This document shows, piece by piece, positions 24,299-24,698 of a stretch of DNA of 24,698 nucleotides (positions are counted from its first letter, which is position 1; each line of letters begins with the position of its first letter). The notes below the pieces were generated by a model. It had not been told where the DNA came from, did no database searches, and worked only from the letters and a program-made list of their open reading frames with translations. Origin of the DNA: a virus. Lineage: Duplodnaviria > Caudoviricetes. Where the stretch lies: the IMG/VR virus record IMGVR_UViG_3300020436_000090, positions 1 through 24,698 of that record, one strand, 5' to 3'. The position numbers and the translations under genes are program-made.

Positions 24299-24698
24299 AT
24301 GGCGCTCGCAACGTACAGCGATCTCAAAACGTCTATCGCAGACTTCTTGAACCGCGATGACCTGACTGCCGTCATTCCTGACTTCATTAAGCTAGCAGAG
24401 GCGCAGTTTAAGCGGGAGATACGGCACTACAAAATGATGCAACGGTCAGAGGGCGAGGTTGACACCCGGCACTCTGAGTTTCCTGCTGACTTTTTAGAAT
24501 CCATAAGATTCCATCATAACGACGACAAAAGCACAGCCATTGACTTGGTTAGCCTGTCAGACATGTTGCGTTATCGGAACGAGAACAGCACCACAGGCAA
24601 GCCGCGATATTATGCGATCAGTGGTGATACGTTTGAGGTATACCCGACGCCTGACACGACATATTCGACAGAGTTGTTGTATTACCAGGACATTCCGT
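24299..24698 (+). CDS. Head-tail adaptor protein (3'-truncated)
   Basis: RBS GAGG; MALATYSDLKTSIADFLNRDDLTAVIPDFIKLAEA...FPADFLE...GKPRYYA...VYPTPD..Y..ELLYY. Confidence 0.8.
   Translation, partial: MALATYSDLKTSIADFLNRDDLTAVIPDFIKLAEAQFKREIRHYKMMQRSEGEVDTRHSEFPADFLESIRFHHNDDKSTAIDLVSLSDMLRYRNENSTTGKPRYYAISGDTFEVYPTPDTTYSTELLYYQDIP

Overview
This window is a fragment of a tailed dsDNA bacteriophage genome (P22-like or marine podovirus-type head module). Every credible gene lies on the + strand. Gene order: three to four probable DNA-ejection/internal virion proteins (the first with SQGY and 11/22-residue Gln/Asn repeats plus a C-terminal peptidase S74 domain), portal, scaffold, major capsid protein, lysis cassette (3-TM holin, M15 peptidase endolysin, several small membrane proteins), strong terminator, early region (small genes, ssDNA-annealing-like protein, SSB, XRE HTH, DnaT/O-like protein, NinB, NinG, thermonuclease), TerS, TerL, a tandem ADP-ribosyltransferase-like protein, four small basic proteins, and a truncated head-tail adaptor. 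The strongest unexplained signals are: (1) three consecutive early genes that each end in an identical 17-bp palindrome, AGGCCGCGTAAGCGGCC, which supplies the last two codons (Ala-Ala), the stop codon and a GNRA hairpin; (2) a parS-like palindrome at the predicted start of an early sigma70 transcript; (3) two structured non-coding regions (10553-10642 and 17083-17400); (4) a double ART-PolyVal-like protein with repeated hydrophobic linkers in the slot after TerL where the portal usually sits. All family calls come from motif recognition by eye; no database searches were run.
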